A stretch of 60,054 nucleotides of DNA, filler included. It is 4 parts of 4 records of this genome, joined end to end, with 100 filler letters (N's around TTAATTAATTAA, not from the genome) between each part and the next. Parts side by side here need not be neighbours in the genome. Positions count along the whole stretch, not along the records: positions 35,219 to 51,828 come from SRR31156797_4620; positions 51,929 to 60,054 come from SRR31156797_4625; 2 more parts are not named here. One strand, 5' to 3'. Positions within the stretch are counted from its first letter, which is position 1, and the number at the start of each line of letters is the position of its first letter. The translations under genes and the position numbers were made by a program. Positions 46,820 through 57,162 of this stretch are shown piece after piece. The notes beneath the pieces were generated by a model. The model saw nothing but the letters and a program-made list of their open reading frames with translations. It made no database searches and had not been told where the DNA came from.

Positions 46820-47467
46820 TCAGTCAATTGAGGCAAGAATGTCTACAATATCGGAAGGCTCTGCTCTGTAGGTGTAATCTGCATTTACATCTACAAACAA
46901 GACCTTACCATCTCTACCGACGACAAATGTTGCGGCCAGGGGTAAATCAAATTTGCCTGGCCCGTTATGTTGTTCAACGTCAATGCCAAACTCGGCATAA
47001 ATAGGTTTCAGGGAGTCCGGCAGGGTAAAGACAATACCTAAAGATTTTGCAAATTCAGCCTCCGGGTCAGATAAAACTGTAAATTTCAATTCGTTTTTTT
47101 CAATGGTTGTGAGTGATGCGTCTGAAAGTTCAGGTGAAATAGCGACCAAATTTGCCCCGGCATCTATAATTTTGTCCAAAACGTTCTGATAAGCACGGAG
47201 TTCAAAGTTGCAGTACGGGCACCAGCCGCCACGATAAAATGTGACAACAACAGGGCCTTTGGCTGTTAAGTCGATCAGCTGTACTTCATCACCAGATTGA
47301 TTACTCAGGATGAAATTTGGGAAAATATCACCGGGCTTAGGTGCATATTGCTCCAACGCTTTTGCTTTAAGCGCCTTTGTTTCAGAAATCATCACCTGAT
47401 GTATCTCAGCAGGGAGATTCTGGGCAGATGCATTGCGTCGCTCGGTCAACTTTTCTAGTAGCTTCAT
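46820..47467 (-). CDS. Peroxiredoxin-like AhpC/TSA protein
   Basis: FYRGGWCPYC, AISPE, LPLAATFVV, DYTYRAEP. Confidence 0.9.
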   Translation of the reverse strand: MKLLEKLTERRNASAQNLPAEIHQVMISETKALKAKALEQYAPKPGDIFPNFILSNQSGDEVQLIDLTAKGPVVVTFYRGGWCPYCNFELRAYQNVLDKIIDAGANLVAISPELSDASLTTIEKNELKFTVLSDPEAEFAKSLGIVFTLPDSLKPIYAEFGIDVEQHNGPGKFDLPLAATFVVGRDGKVLFVDVNADYTYRAEPSDIVDILASID

Positions 47468-47492
47468 ATTCCTTTTCCTTCACTGAATTTAT

Positions 47493-47569
47493 TTTTGAGT
47501 GGGCATTCAAAAAAGAAAATATATCTTTACAATTGACAGTCAAGGATTATTTTGAATGTGTATTCAAAA
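47493..47569. promoter_or_regulatory. Two 20-bp palindromic operators in the divergent tetR/peroxiredoxin promoter
   Basis: TTTTGAGTGGGCATTCAAAA (47493-47512) and TTTTGAATGTGTATTCAAAA (47550-47569), flanking overlapping TTGACA (+) and TTGACT (-) hexamers. Confidence 0.75.
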
Positions 47570-47610
47570 AGCAGGTGCAATTTTCTCCAGATCTATGGGG
47601 GACAAGAAAA

Positions 47611-48177
47611 ATGGCCAAAAAGAAATTTGAAGTTGAACGCGTTATTGATACTGCTATCTCTATATTCTGGAAGCATGGTTACGCTGCGACAAGTATCCAA
47701 ATGATTGTCAAAGAAACAGGGCTGAAACCCGGAAGCATCTATCATGAGTTCGGCAGCAAAGAAGGACTGTTCCGATTGGCTCTTTCCCACTATGCACAAC
47801 AATCCATAGAAAACGCTTCGAGAATAATACTTGAGAGTGAGAATGTTCTTGAAGGAATCAAGAAACTGCTAAAGGGGCTTGTTGAGTCATCAGGCACGAC
47901 GGATTACTGTGGTTGTTTCCTAATTAAGAGCCAGCTTGAACTTGCATCGCAAAATGACGCGATTTATGTAAATGCTGTTGAAAGCTTAAAGAAAATTGAG
48001 ACAAACTATGTATCTCATTTAGGTCAAATTTATCCCACAAAAACAGCTACACTTTATGCAAGCCAGTTGATGATGGTGATCTTTGGATTGAGGATTTATG
48101 GCTATCAGAAGGGGGCCCAGCAAAAAATAACCACCACTATAGAGTCACTCCTGCCGTGGTTGTATGAATCAAATTAG
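47611..48177 (+). CDS. TetR/AcrR regulator (NemR/ComR-like)
   Basis: FWKHGYAATS, GSIYHEFGSKEGLF, GCFL. Probable start is ATG 47611. Confidence 0.9.
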   Translation: MAKKKFEVERVIDTAISIFWKHGYAATSIQMIVKETGLKPGSIYHEFGSKEGLFRLALSHYAQQSIENASRIILESENVLEGIKKLLKGLVESSGTTDYCGCFLIKSQLELASQNDAIYVNAVESLKKIETNYVSHLGQIYPTKTATLYASQLMMVIFGLRIYGYQKGAQQKITTTIESLLPWLYESN

Positions 48178-49001
48178 ATTGTCGAAAACAAAATGTGGCA
48201 CAAGAGGCTAATTTAATAGGAAGAAATTAATTTGTAGATAACCCGTGTGAGCTGAAAATTTTCTCCAGTTCACCGAACTTCTGCATCCATCTGGTCTTGG
48301 TTGAGGTAAGCGAGGTACTTCAACTCAACACTCCTGCTGTAGCATTATTAAGTGATTAGTATTGGCAGTTCTACGTAGTTAAAACTACCTGTACCTTAAT
48401 CTACTTCCCGTACCTAAAAGCCAAAAGCTACCCCAATTTTTTGAAAAAAGAGATTTTTTGGCTGATTCTCAAAATTTAAGGTTATCCCGAGTTCTCCGAG
48501 TGAGATAATGACGATGCCTGGGTTTAGATTTTCATTATTTGGTGAGATCGGCCAACAACCAAAAATTGTTCAAGAATGGAGCAACTGCAAACAGAACCTT
48601 ACCAGAGACAAGCTCAAAGTGGCCTTATGAAAATCGGATTTGAGCATAGCCTTGAATCCGGACTTGCAGTAACTGGGCTGTGAGCATGATATTGCCAAGT
48701 CGAAGGTCATGAATCTTTTGACTTGGCACAACTTGAGGTGCTTCCTGTATATCTGACCTCTAAAAGTCTAGATTTCTCCCATCAGTCATGACTAACTGGA
48801 AAGATGTTGACTCAAATAAATAAATCTGGCCCCTTTTGCTATAGGTGGAACGCCATGAAAATCCAGGAATAAACCGGCAAATCGCACTGTTCTTTGTCTT
48901 CCGACACACAGTCCATGGCAACGAGAACATGAACTGGTTGCCCCTAACATTTCGTAGGTTTGCATTGTTCGCTACCTGAACACCTCTTCGCAGCATCATG
49001 T

Positions 49002-51416
49002 TCAAGGCGAACGCTTATGCACTGCCTCGCTGTGTTCCGAGGCCTGACAGGCCTTGCGGTACGCCAGTAGGGTTTTCTGGGCATGACGCAAGGCGCTGCC
49101 GTGAGGAAAAACGCCATTTTTTTTGGCGGAACCCGCAATCACACCGGTAAGCAGTTCCAAGCCTTCGGAGACATGCTCCACCGTATAAATATGAAACAAC
49201 CCCTGGGCCGCGGCTTCGAGTATCTGGTGATCGAGCATCAAGTGGCGACGGTTGCGGTGCGGCATCAGCACTCCCTGGCTGCCGTCCAGTCCGGCAGCGG
49301 TGCAGATCTGGAAATAGCCTTCGATCTTTTCATTGATGCCGCCTACCGGGAGCACATCACCGTGCTGATTGAGCGAACCAGTCACCGCTATGCCCTGCTT
49401 GAGCGGCAATCCAGACAGCGATGAGAGCAAGGCATACAATTCGGCGCAGGAGGCAGAGTCGCCTTCGACGCCACTGTATTCCTGTTCAAAGACAAGAGAG
49501 GCATTGAGGGCAAGAGGGGCGTTGCGGGAAAACAGCGCTGACAGATAGTTATGGAGGATGAGCACGCCCTTGTCGTGGACAGGACCGGACATCTCCACCT
49601 CGCGCTCGATATTGATCAGGCCATCCTCACCGGCGTAGGTGCGCGCAGTGACCCGCATGGGGAAGCCGAAGCAATGATCCCCCAAGTCCACTACGGTCAG
49701 GGCGTTAAGTCGGCCGACCTGATCGCCATGCAGGGAGATCAGCACCTCGCCTTCAGCGATGGCTTCTCGCATCCGCTGCTCGGGATAGTCATGGCGCAGT
49801 TTGCGTGCAGCAAGAGCCGCATCGACATCCCTTGCCTCGACCAGACAAACGTCTTTTTTTCGGCAAAGGACAGCACTTTCCATTATCAGCGCCTTGGTGT
49901 GGCCGAAGATGGCACTTTGGCGTGAGCGGTCTTCTACTTCGCGATGCCCCTGTTCCAACAGACGTGCGACCGCTGAAGCTGAAAAATGGGGCAGCCCCAG
50001 TTTTTGACAGGTATGAGCAACAAAGATAGCCGAAGCACGACGCGTATCACCGTTGGCGGCAAATCGATCGGCAAAGTCCACCTTAACCCGGAAGCGGCGT
50101 GCGAACTCGGGATCACCCTCCTGCAACTCATAATATAGCTTTCGCGAGCCGATCAGGACAATCTTTACGGTGGCATCAACCGCTTCGGGTACGAGCGACA
50201 CCGCCGCAATCGGGGCAAAGGTCGTGCCTGGCTCTTCAATTTGGAGGCGCCCGCTGCGAAAAAAACGCCGCAGTTTTTCCCACACCAGAGGGTCAGTCAG
50301 CAGATCACGCAGATGCAGCATCAGAAAGCCGCCGTGGGCCTCGTGCAGGCTGCCTGCGTGGATGCGGGAAAAGCCCGTTATCAGCACGTCGCTCTCGGTT
50401 TGGTATTCGATGCTGCCGAACAGTGAACTGAACAAGGGATCATCTTCAACAATCACCGGTGCTCCCTGCAAGCCGTGATTGTCGACCACCAGATTAACCT
50501 GATAGTGGGACAGCACATTGTTTAACGCCTCTTTGCGCAACTCATCATCGCTTTCAGACGCCTTAAATACCTCCAGGTTGTCGAGCAGGTCGTCCACCAC
50601 CTGACCCATATAAACGCCAAGTTTAGAGGAATTCTTGATTTTCAGGGCAGTACGAGTTTTTTGCAACTCGCGATCCAGTAACGGCCTGACCACCTGGCGA
50701 CCTAAAGCCGTAAGCGCCTCATTCTTCTCACGTTCCAGGGGACGGGTTTTCTCAAAATAGCGATTGATTTCAGCGAGGAGTTCCTGCTCCGCCTGGGCAA
50801 TGGCGGCACGTCGTTTCTTGGGCAAGGCAAGCATTTCACTCTCGGTCATGGCGTGACCCTTCTTGCCTTGCAGGGTAAAGAGCATCTGGTTGGCTTCCCT
50901 GTGCATCCTGAAATGGCGAGCTTCACCAAAGGTTTCAAGTTCAGCGAAGGCCTTGGACTCTTCCTCATTATAGGATTTTTCTATCCGCTCGCTTTCCACC
51001 TTAAAATCCGGCCCATCAAGCTGAAGCGGTATTTCCGTCAACAGATCCTTCATCATGCGCGCCATGTGTTGGCGGAGCAAACGACCTTGGCCGGCTGGCA
51101 GGCGCACTGCGCAGGGATGTTTCGGTGTGTCGAAGTTGTGCAAATAGCACAAGTCCGGCGGAGTCGGCCGTTTTAAGGCGGCTTCCTGCATAGCCTGTTT
51201 AAGCAGCGAAGAGCGGCCGCTGCCGACCTCACCCAGCACGAACAGGTTATAATCCGCGTGTTCCATTTCGAGCCCGAAGCGAGTGGCAATTTCCGCGCGC
51301 TCCTGGCCAATCCAGGGCAGCGTATCATCCAGCAATTCTGAGGTGTCGGAGAACCCCAGCGTGTCGGGATTAACTGTGAGGCGAAGTTCGGTAACGGTCA
51401 GATTCGAGATCGGCAT
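49002..51416 (-). CDS. Lon-like S16 protease (LonB/LonC type)
   Basis: IGQERA, GSLHEAHGGFL, RRFRVKVDF, EGDSAS catalytic Ser, VGGINEKIEG Lys. Confidence 0.9.
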   Translation of the reverse strand: MPISNLTVTELRLTVNPDTLGFSDTSELLDDTLPWIGQERAEIATRFGLEMEHADYNLFVLGEVGSGRSSLLKQAMQEAALKRPTPPDLCYLHNFDTPKHPCAVRLPAGQGRLLRQHMARMMKDLLTEIPLQLDGPDFKVESERIEKSYNEEESKAFAELETFGEARHFRMHREANQMLFTLQGKKGHAMTESEMLALPKKRRAAIAQAEQELLAEINRYFEKTRPLEREKNEALTALGRQVVRPLLDRELQKTRTALKIKNSSKLGVYMGQVVDDLLDNLEVFKASESDDELRKEALNNVLSHYQVNLVVDNHGLQGAPVIVEDDPLFSSLFGSIEYQTESDVLITGFSRIHAGSLHEAHGGFLMLHLRDLLTDPLVWEKLRRFFRSGRLQIEEPGTTFAPIAAVSLVPEAVDATVKIVLIGSRKLYYELQEGDPEFARRFRVKVDFADRFAANGDTRRASAIFVAHTCQKLGLPHFSASAVARLLEQGHREVEDRSRQSAIFGHTKALIMESAVLCRKKDVCLVEARDVDAALAARKLRHDYPEQRMREAIAEGEVLISLHGDQVGRLNALTVVDLGDHCFGFPMRVTARTYAGEDGLINIEREVEMSGPVHDKGVLILHNYLSALFSRNAPLALNASLVFEQEYSGVEGDSASCAELYALLSSLSGLPLKQGIAVTGSLNQHGDVLPVGGINEKIEGYFQICTAAGLDGSQGVLMPHRNRRHLMLDHQILEAAAQGLFHIYTVEHVSEGLELLTGVIAGSAKKNGVFPHGSALRHAQKTLLAYRKACQASEHSEAVHKRSP

Positions 51417-51828
51417 AGGCGGTGAGATAATAAGGTGATAAAAAAACGTTTCAAGCGAAGAGGAAGGGGAAAAAAATCAGAGTGAACCGAAAGAATCAAG
51501 GTTCATTAAGAGTTTACAGTCGCCTTGGCGACAGTTTTGCTCACCAGAATCCCCGCCGCGATAGAGCATCGGCCGCAAACTACTTTAACAAAAGTTAAAA
51601 ACAGTAAGTTAGAAGTCAATGATTTCTAGAGCTGCACCAAGTAGCACTGTACCACGATTATGCGCTGAGAACAAATGGGCTTGGGTTACTAGAACCAACT
51701 GATATAATAAACTTAATATCCACCCTTGGTGTATGAATGAGGATCGCCAAGCAAAGTCCCCTTTTCTTTGTTTTTATTACTTTAGCATCGAGGTGAAAAA
51801 TATGAAAAAGGAAACGTATCGAGAACAA

Positions 51829-51928
51829 NNNNNNNNNNNNNNNNNNNNNNNNNNNNNNNNNNNNNNNNNNNNTTAATTAATTAANNNNNNNNNNNNNNNN
51901 NNNNNNNNNNNNNNNNNNNNNNNNNNNN
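51829..51928. other. Artificial contig linker
   Basis: N44-TTAATTAATTAA-N44. Confidence 0.98.
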
Positions 51929-52192
51929 GGTAAAATTGCAAAATGGCCGATTATGAGTGTATTTGGTATCTATTATTATCCTCAGAAAAATGCTTTTGTT
52001 AAACCAACAACAGCTAAAAATATCTTAAAATATTTCGAAATACTTGATTTTGCATATAAGCCACGACCATCATATGAGTTTTATGTTAAATATCGAGAGT
52101 TGGTTAATGAGATGAAATCAAATGTAAGTGATAATCTTTATCCTGATAATGCCGCTTTTACCGGTTTCTTAATGCTTACTATGCCCAAATAA
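51929..52192 (+). CDS. Hypothetical protein, C-terminal fragment
   Basis: Open from the contig start (GKIAKWPIMS...FVKPTTAK...YKPRPSYEFY...NAAFTGFLM); followed by a terminator. Confidence 0.65.
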   Translation, partial: GKIAKWPIMSVFGIYYYPQKNAFVKPTTAKNILKYFEILDFAYKPRPSYEFYVKYRELVNEMKSNVSDNLYPDNAAFTGFLMLTMPK

Positions 52193-52202
52193 TTATATAT
52201 AA

Positions 52203-52235
52203 AAATAAAGCTACTCAAACGAGCAGCTTTATTTT
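52203..52235. terminator. Bidirectional terminator
   Basis: AAATAAAGCTACTC-AAAC-GAGCAGCTTTATTTT between convergent genes. Confidence 0.7.
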
Positions 52236-54837
52236 AGTTTTTTACTGATTTTAATTTAGCTTTTGTTTTTTTAGCTTTAAACAAATGTTTTTCAAACACT
52301 GTTATTAATGCCGGTAGAATAATTATAGTTGCAACTGATGATATCGCCAGTATAGTTGATATTAAGATTCCAACTGTTTTATAAGGAACTAAAGGTGCAA
52401 AAAGTAGTGGTAAAAAACCAATTGCAACAACAATTGCATTTTTTGTAATTGCTCTTGATGGCTCTCCAGCCATTATTTTAAGAGTCTCTCGCCAAGAATT
52501 AGTTTCATTATATATTTCTCTTGCTCTTTCGATAAAGTGAATAGAAAAATCTACTGATAATCCTAATGTTAATGATGATAATACCGCAACTGGCATATCA
52601 TAAGATTTTCCAACAAAACCAAGTGTTCCATATGTTAATAATACTGTAATTGTAAGTGGAATCATACTAAGAATTCCCCATGCAACTGATGAGAATAAAC
52701 CGATCATCATGAATAGTACTACAACAAATGATCCAAGTAAAGATTTTAACATTCCGCCAACCATTTGATCTTGCCATACAACATTTACATAAGTTAGCCC
52801 TGCCCAGTCATATGATAAAGATTTTGGTGCCGGATTTTTTTCAACCCAAGTTTTAACATCTTTTATTACTTGATTCATACTTCTGTTATCTCCATTTTTA
52901 AGTTGAATCCAAATATTAGCATTTTGATAATCACTCTCAACGAAATGCCAGATAAAATTCGAGTTATGACTGTTTTGGAAAGAAATTAATGACTGCCCGA
53001 CTGCACTTCTAGTATCAGGAATTCTGTTATATTCCTCATTACCTTCCATTAATTCCATATATACTTTTTTAGTAATATCTGCAATTGAATTTGATTTTCC
53101 AATATTAGTATTTTTATTTAGTTCAGCTTGAAGTTTTTCAATATATCTAAGTACTTCAGGTGATTTAAATGTTTGATATTCTAATTCAAGATCATCCAGA
53201 TAATAAATAAAATCATCCAAAGATTCTGAATATATTTCGTCTAATTTGGCCTCAAATTCAGGTTTAATAGTTTTAATAAAATTTAATCTAGATACTTCAT
53301 TATTTTTATTATATATGTCATATTGCTTATCTAAAATAGTTAAATAATGATTTTGTTTATCAATATCATCATTGAAAAACTCACTTATTTCATTTTGTAA
53401 AGTAATATATGTTTCTGTAATATCAGCTTTTGTCTCATGTGTTTCCCAAACCATATAAGCCATATATGTTCCTGCAAAATTTCTATTTAAAATTCTATCT
53501 GCTTCTCTAATCTTATGATTTTTTTCAAACCAATTTACTGGATTATCATTAATTACAATTTTTTTAATTCCAAATATAGATATAATAATTGCGATTATTA
53601 CAGCAAATTTAATTAATCTTGCATTTTTATATGCACTTGCCGTACTTCCTTTTAATAACTTACTTAAGAATGAATCATCATTATTTGTTTTAGCACCATA
53701 ATTCTCAAGTGATTCCTCTTTTACGAATTTCATTATATATGCAGGAATAAAAGTAATAGTTAAAATCCAAGCAAGCATAATTCCAAATGCTACAAATATT
53801 CCAAATACTCTAACAGGTGGAATAGGTGTTAATGCAAGTGAGGCAAAACCAACACTTGTAGTTAACGAAGTATAAAGCATAGGTGTGAATAACTCATCCA
53901 TAACTTTCTCCAAAGTTTTTTTCTTATCTTGAATGTGTTGATAAGAATCATAAAATGCACTTAACAAATGCACTGAATCAACTACTGCTATTGGCATCAA
54001 GAATATTGGAATCATTGAGCTCATAATATGAACTTTGAATCCCATTCCTATTAATAAACCGCTTGTACAGATTACACTTATCATTGCAATTATCATAGGT
54101 GAAATAATTATAGACAATTTTTTGAAGAAAATCCATAATAAGATAAAAATTACTAACATTGCCAGTGGAGCCGATATTGCCATTTGTTGAAACATTAATA
54201 CACCAAATGTATCTTCTGCCACAGGTAAACCACTTATATAATACTTCTCACTACCAGAGAAATTATTAGTTAGTTTTTCAATCTCTTTAGAGACTTCATA
54301 ACTTAAATCCTTGCTTTTAATAGGAACATATACTGCCAATGCCTTACCGTTTTCTGAAACCATAGTTCCTTTAAGCACAGGATTTGACATTATTCTATCT
54401 CTAATAATTAAAGATTCTTCTCTTGACTTGGGAGCTTCACCCATTAACCAATCAAATTTAATTGCACCAAGCCCAGATTGTTCTATATGATCTTGAGTTG
54501 ATGGTGAAATTATATCTTCTTTTACAACACCATCCATTTTTTTAATTTCATTTGTTAAATTATATATATTTGCTAATGTATTCGGATTAAATACACCATT
54601 TTGATGTTCCTCTTCAATAACACCAACAACAACCATATCATATAAAGAAAATTCATCTTTTACTTTATCATGAAATATTCTAACTGGTGCATCCGCTTGT
54701 AACATATTTTCCGGATCAGTATCAATTTTTATTCTTAACATTTGTAATCCTAAAATAACTGTTAATAATAAAAAGATATTCATTGTTAATTTAGGTTTAT
54801 TAATCCCTAAATTAATTAATTTTGATTTAAACTTCAT
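52234..54837 (-). CDS. MMPL/RND-family transporter
   Basis: IDTDPENML, two TM bundles with IAVVDSVH and GLSVDFSIHF, TSLTTSVGFASL. Confidence 0.9.
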   Translation of the reverse strand: MKFKSKLINLGINKPKLTMNIFLLLTVILGLQMLRIKIDTDPENMLQADAPVRIFHDKVKDEFSLYDMVVVGVIEEEHQNGVFNPNTLANIYNLTNEIKKMDGVVKEDIISPSTQDHIEQSGLGAIKFDWLMGEAPKSREESLIIRDRIMSNPVLKGTMVSENGKALAVYVPIKSKDLSYEVSKEIEKLTNNFSGSEKYYISGLPVAEDTFGVLMFQQMAISAPLAMLVIFILLWIFFKKLSIIISPMIIAMISVICTSGLLIGMGFKVHIMSSMIPIFLMPIAVVDSVHLLSAFYDSYQHIQDKKKTLEKVMDELFTPMLYTSLTTSVGFASLALTPIPPVRVFGIFVAFGIMLAWILTITFIPAYIMKFVKEESLENYGAKTNNDDSFLSKLLKGSTASAYKNARLIKFAVIIAIIISIFGIKKIVINDNPVNWFEKNHKIREADRILNRNFAGTYMAYMVWETHETKADITETYITLQNEISEFFNDDIDKQNHYLTILDKQYDIYNKNNEVSRLNFIKTIKPEFEAKLDEIYSESLDDFIYYLDDLELEYQTFKSPEVLRYIEKLQAELNKNTNIGKSNSIADITKKVYMELMEGNEEYNRIPDTRSAVGQSLISFQNSHNSNFIWHFVESDYQNANIWIQLKNGDNRSMNQVIKDVKTWVEKNPAPKSLSYDWAGLTYVNVVWQDQMVGGMLKSLLGSFVVVLFMMIGLFSSVAWGILSMIPLTITVLLTYGTLGFVGKSYDMPVAVLSSLTLGLSVDFSIHFIERAREIYNETNSWRETLKIMAGEPSRAITKNAIVVAIGFLPLLFAPLVPYKTVGILISTILAISSVATIIILPALITVFEKHLFKAKKTKAKLKSVKN

Positions 54838-54857
54838 TTGTCCTCCTAGTTTGAGTT

Positions 54858-56099
54858 TTAAAAACTATATCTTAATCTTGTATAAATATTTGAATTATCT
54901 TTTAATTGAGCAAAGAAAGTATGATCATCTTTTCCATAAAAAATATTCGCTCCTCCAGATAATGTTAAACCATCTCGCCAATTATAATCAACATTTGGAT
55001 TAATGTAGCCATCAGCATCACTTGGAGAATAATAAGTAAACAGATCAGCCTTAACTGTTTGCTGTTTTAAAAGTTGTGTCAATCTTATTGCTAAAAGAGT
55101 TCTATCTTCATTTTCTAAATAATCATAGTCACTTCCAACAGAATCTTTATAACTATCATAATTTAACATATGATCAATCTGTAGTTGAACTCCTAAATTA
55201 AGATTTGCTATGATCTCTTTTCTAAAACCAATTAGTGTTTTAAAAAATGAGTTATTGATTAAAGAATTATCTCCATCTTCATCATCAATAGAGTTCTCAT
55301 ATCCCATTTCTATATTAAATATCCCGCTAAAAATACTAGTTTCCATACTAGCTCCAATTAAACTCATTTTAGAAAATTCTAAACCGGTATAATTTGAGTT
55401 TGCATTTGGATTTTTATAAAAACCTTTATACCCATAAAATGCAAGTTCGGCATTATCTAAACTTTTTTTAACCCTAAGCGCTGTTTCCATATTGTTAAAA
55501 GTTTTATCAGGTGATTCCACCGGCATAACTGAACCTGATGGAATATAACTAGAATTAAGAGTATTAAAATATGTAAATCTCTCTCCATCGATATAGTTAT
55601 TAGATTCAAAAGTTGGAATTAAAACTAAATCAACGATATAATCTTCGGGGAAAAGAGAAAATTTAATTGCATCTGAGGCTAATTTCATATCTGTTTGATT
55701 ATTCCCGTAAAAGAATGCCTTATAGTCTTTTGGGAATATATCATTAATAAACATAAGGTCACCGGTTCCCCAGGTAATAACTTGTCTTCCGGCTTTTACT
55801 TCTAGGATATCACTAGGCATAATCCAAACATAAGCTTCTCTAATATTGATATCTGTCTCTTCAGCAATTTGATCATTTAAGATTTCAAATTTACCAGTAA
55901 ACTCTACTTCATCTGATTCAATAGCTAACACTTCAAGTCTACCTTGTGTTTCAGCTAAAATAAAACTGTCATCAGAATAATCAGTATCACTATACCTTGA
56001 GCTATATGCCTGTTCTATCATTCCGTTAAACTCAAAATCAGCAGCAAAAAGTGATATTGAGCTAAGTAGAAAAAGTGTAATTATATTTTTAAGTTTCAT
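54858..56099 (-). CDS. Predicted outer-membrane beta-barrel protein
   Basis: Signal peptide, IREAY, KAGRQVITWGTGD, C-terminal RLRYSF. Confidence 0.75.
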   Translation of the reverse strand: MKLKNIITLFLLSSISLFAADFEFNGMIEQAYSSRYSDTDYSDDSFILAETQGRLEVLAIESDEVEFTGKFEILNDQIAEETDINIREAYVWIMPSDILEVKAGRQVITWGTGDLMFINDIFPKDYKAFFYGNNQTDMKLASDAIKFSLFPEDYIVDLVLIPTFESNNYIDGERFTYFNTLNSSYIPSGSVMPVESPDKTFNNMETALRVKKSLDNAELAFYGYKGFYKNPNANSNYTGLEFSKMSLIGASMETSIFSGIFNIEMGYENSIDDEDGDNSLINNSFFKTLIGFRKEIIANLNLGVQLQIDHMLNYDSYKDSVGSDYDYLENEDRTLLAIRLTQLLKQQTVKADLFTYYSPSDADGYINPNVDYNWRDGLTLSGGANIFYGKDDHTFFAQLKDNSNIYTRLRYSF

Positions 56100-56132
56100 T
56101 ATAAGTCCTTTCACTATTTGTTTTGAGTAAAT

Positions 56133-56909
56133 TTATCTAATATACTTTCTAGGTGGTTTTCTTAAATATCTCTCTGTAAATATCTTTTCATCTATTCCGA
56201 TATTATAATCAATATTTTCGAAGGTATTAATTGTATAACCTCCTGTTTCAAGATTCTCAGCTTTCATTTCGATAATTGTATCTATTCCTTCTATAGATTC
56301 GACTTTTGTCGCACTAATTCTTCTGAATATTTCGTTTTTTTCATTAAAATACTCTGATTTAACCGGAATAAATGTCTTTTTATCTATCCAAACTGTATAA
56401 TACTCAAAATCTTCTTTTGAATTTGGTGTATTTTTCAGTACATAATAGTTATCATTCTCTTCTGTTATTTCGTGTTTATCTGCTTCTAATGATCTACCTG
56501 AAATATCTTCGTATGTAAAATCCGAACCAACAAAACTAGCTCTTTTATCACTAGATTCTATTTTTCTGATCATATCCAGAGCCGGCATATAAAGCCATCT
56601 TTTATCACCTTTATCCAGATCTTTATGTACCATAAATGTCATTTTTTTGACATCAGCTGGTTTTTGAAAATAAATAAAATATTTTTGACGACCATTATCT
56701 TCAATATCTTTTCTAAGCATTAATATTTTTCTTATTCTTTCCTTACCTTTTTTGTCTACTATTTTCATATTTACAACCGCTTTACCATCGTCTCCCCCGT
56801 AGTAAGCTGCTTTGTATGCTTTTTGTACTAAATCATCAACTTCGATTGCAAATATACTAGAACTTAATAAACTAAGTGAAATTAAAATCTTACTAATTTT
56901 CTTAAACAT
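56133..56909 (-). CDS. LolA-like outer-membrane lipoprotein-sorting protein
   Basis: Signal peptide, FQKPADVK, RWLYMPALD, SFVGSDFTYEDI, FTERYL. GGAGG RBS. Confidence 0.85.
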   Translation of the reverse strand: MFKKISKILISLSLLSSSIFAIEVDDLVQKAYKAAYYGGDDGKAVVNMKIVDKKGKERIRKILMLRKDIEDNGRQKYFIYFQKPADVKKMTFMVHKDLDKGDKRWLYMPALDMIRKIESSDKRASFVGSDFTYEDISGRSLEADKHEITEENDNYYVLKNTPNSKEDFEYYTVWIDKKTFIPVKSEYFNEKNEIFRRISATKVESIEGIDTIIEMKAENLETGGYTINTFENIDYNIGIDEKIFTERYLRKPPRKYIR

Positions 56910-57064
56910 TGTCCCCTCCAAATTTTTTTATTGAATTATTCATATAAAACTGATAGAATTGCATGTTCTTTATTTTATACAATACTTTAATATACTAAAG
57001 AATAGTACAATAAAAGTCAAGAAATATATAATTAATTATGACACAGAAAATTAAATAGTGTTGT

Positions 57065-57123
57065 ATAACATTTTCATCACATCTATAGTTTATTATATAA
57101 TAGAGATGTGATAAAAATGTTAT
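57065..57123. promoter_or_regulatory. 20-bp inverted repeat flanking a TATAAT box
   Basis: ATAACATTTTCATCACATCT-N19-AGATGTGATAAAAATGTTAT (19/20); the spacer contains TATAAT. Confidence 0.65.
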
Positions 57124-57162
57124 GAGTTACATAAAATAGATTTATTTAAATTGGGAGGCGGG

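Noticed and set aside
49083-51176. Numerous + strand ORFs of 60-124 aa
   Set aside because: Antisense shadows of the GC-rich Lon-like gene with no motifs. The same applies to short ORFs overlapping other long genes, such as 33977-34600 opposite abiEi.
57085-57103. Invertible (phase-variable) promoter
   Set aside because: The 19-bp spacer is much shorter than typical invertons and no recombinase is nearby; kept only as an operator-like repeat.
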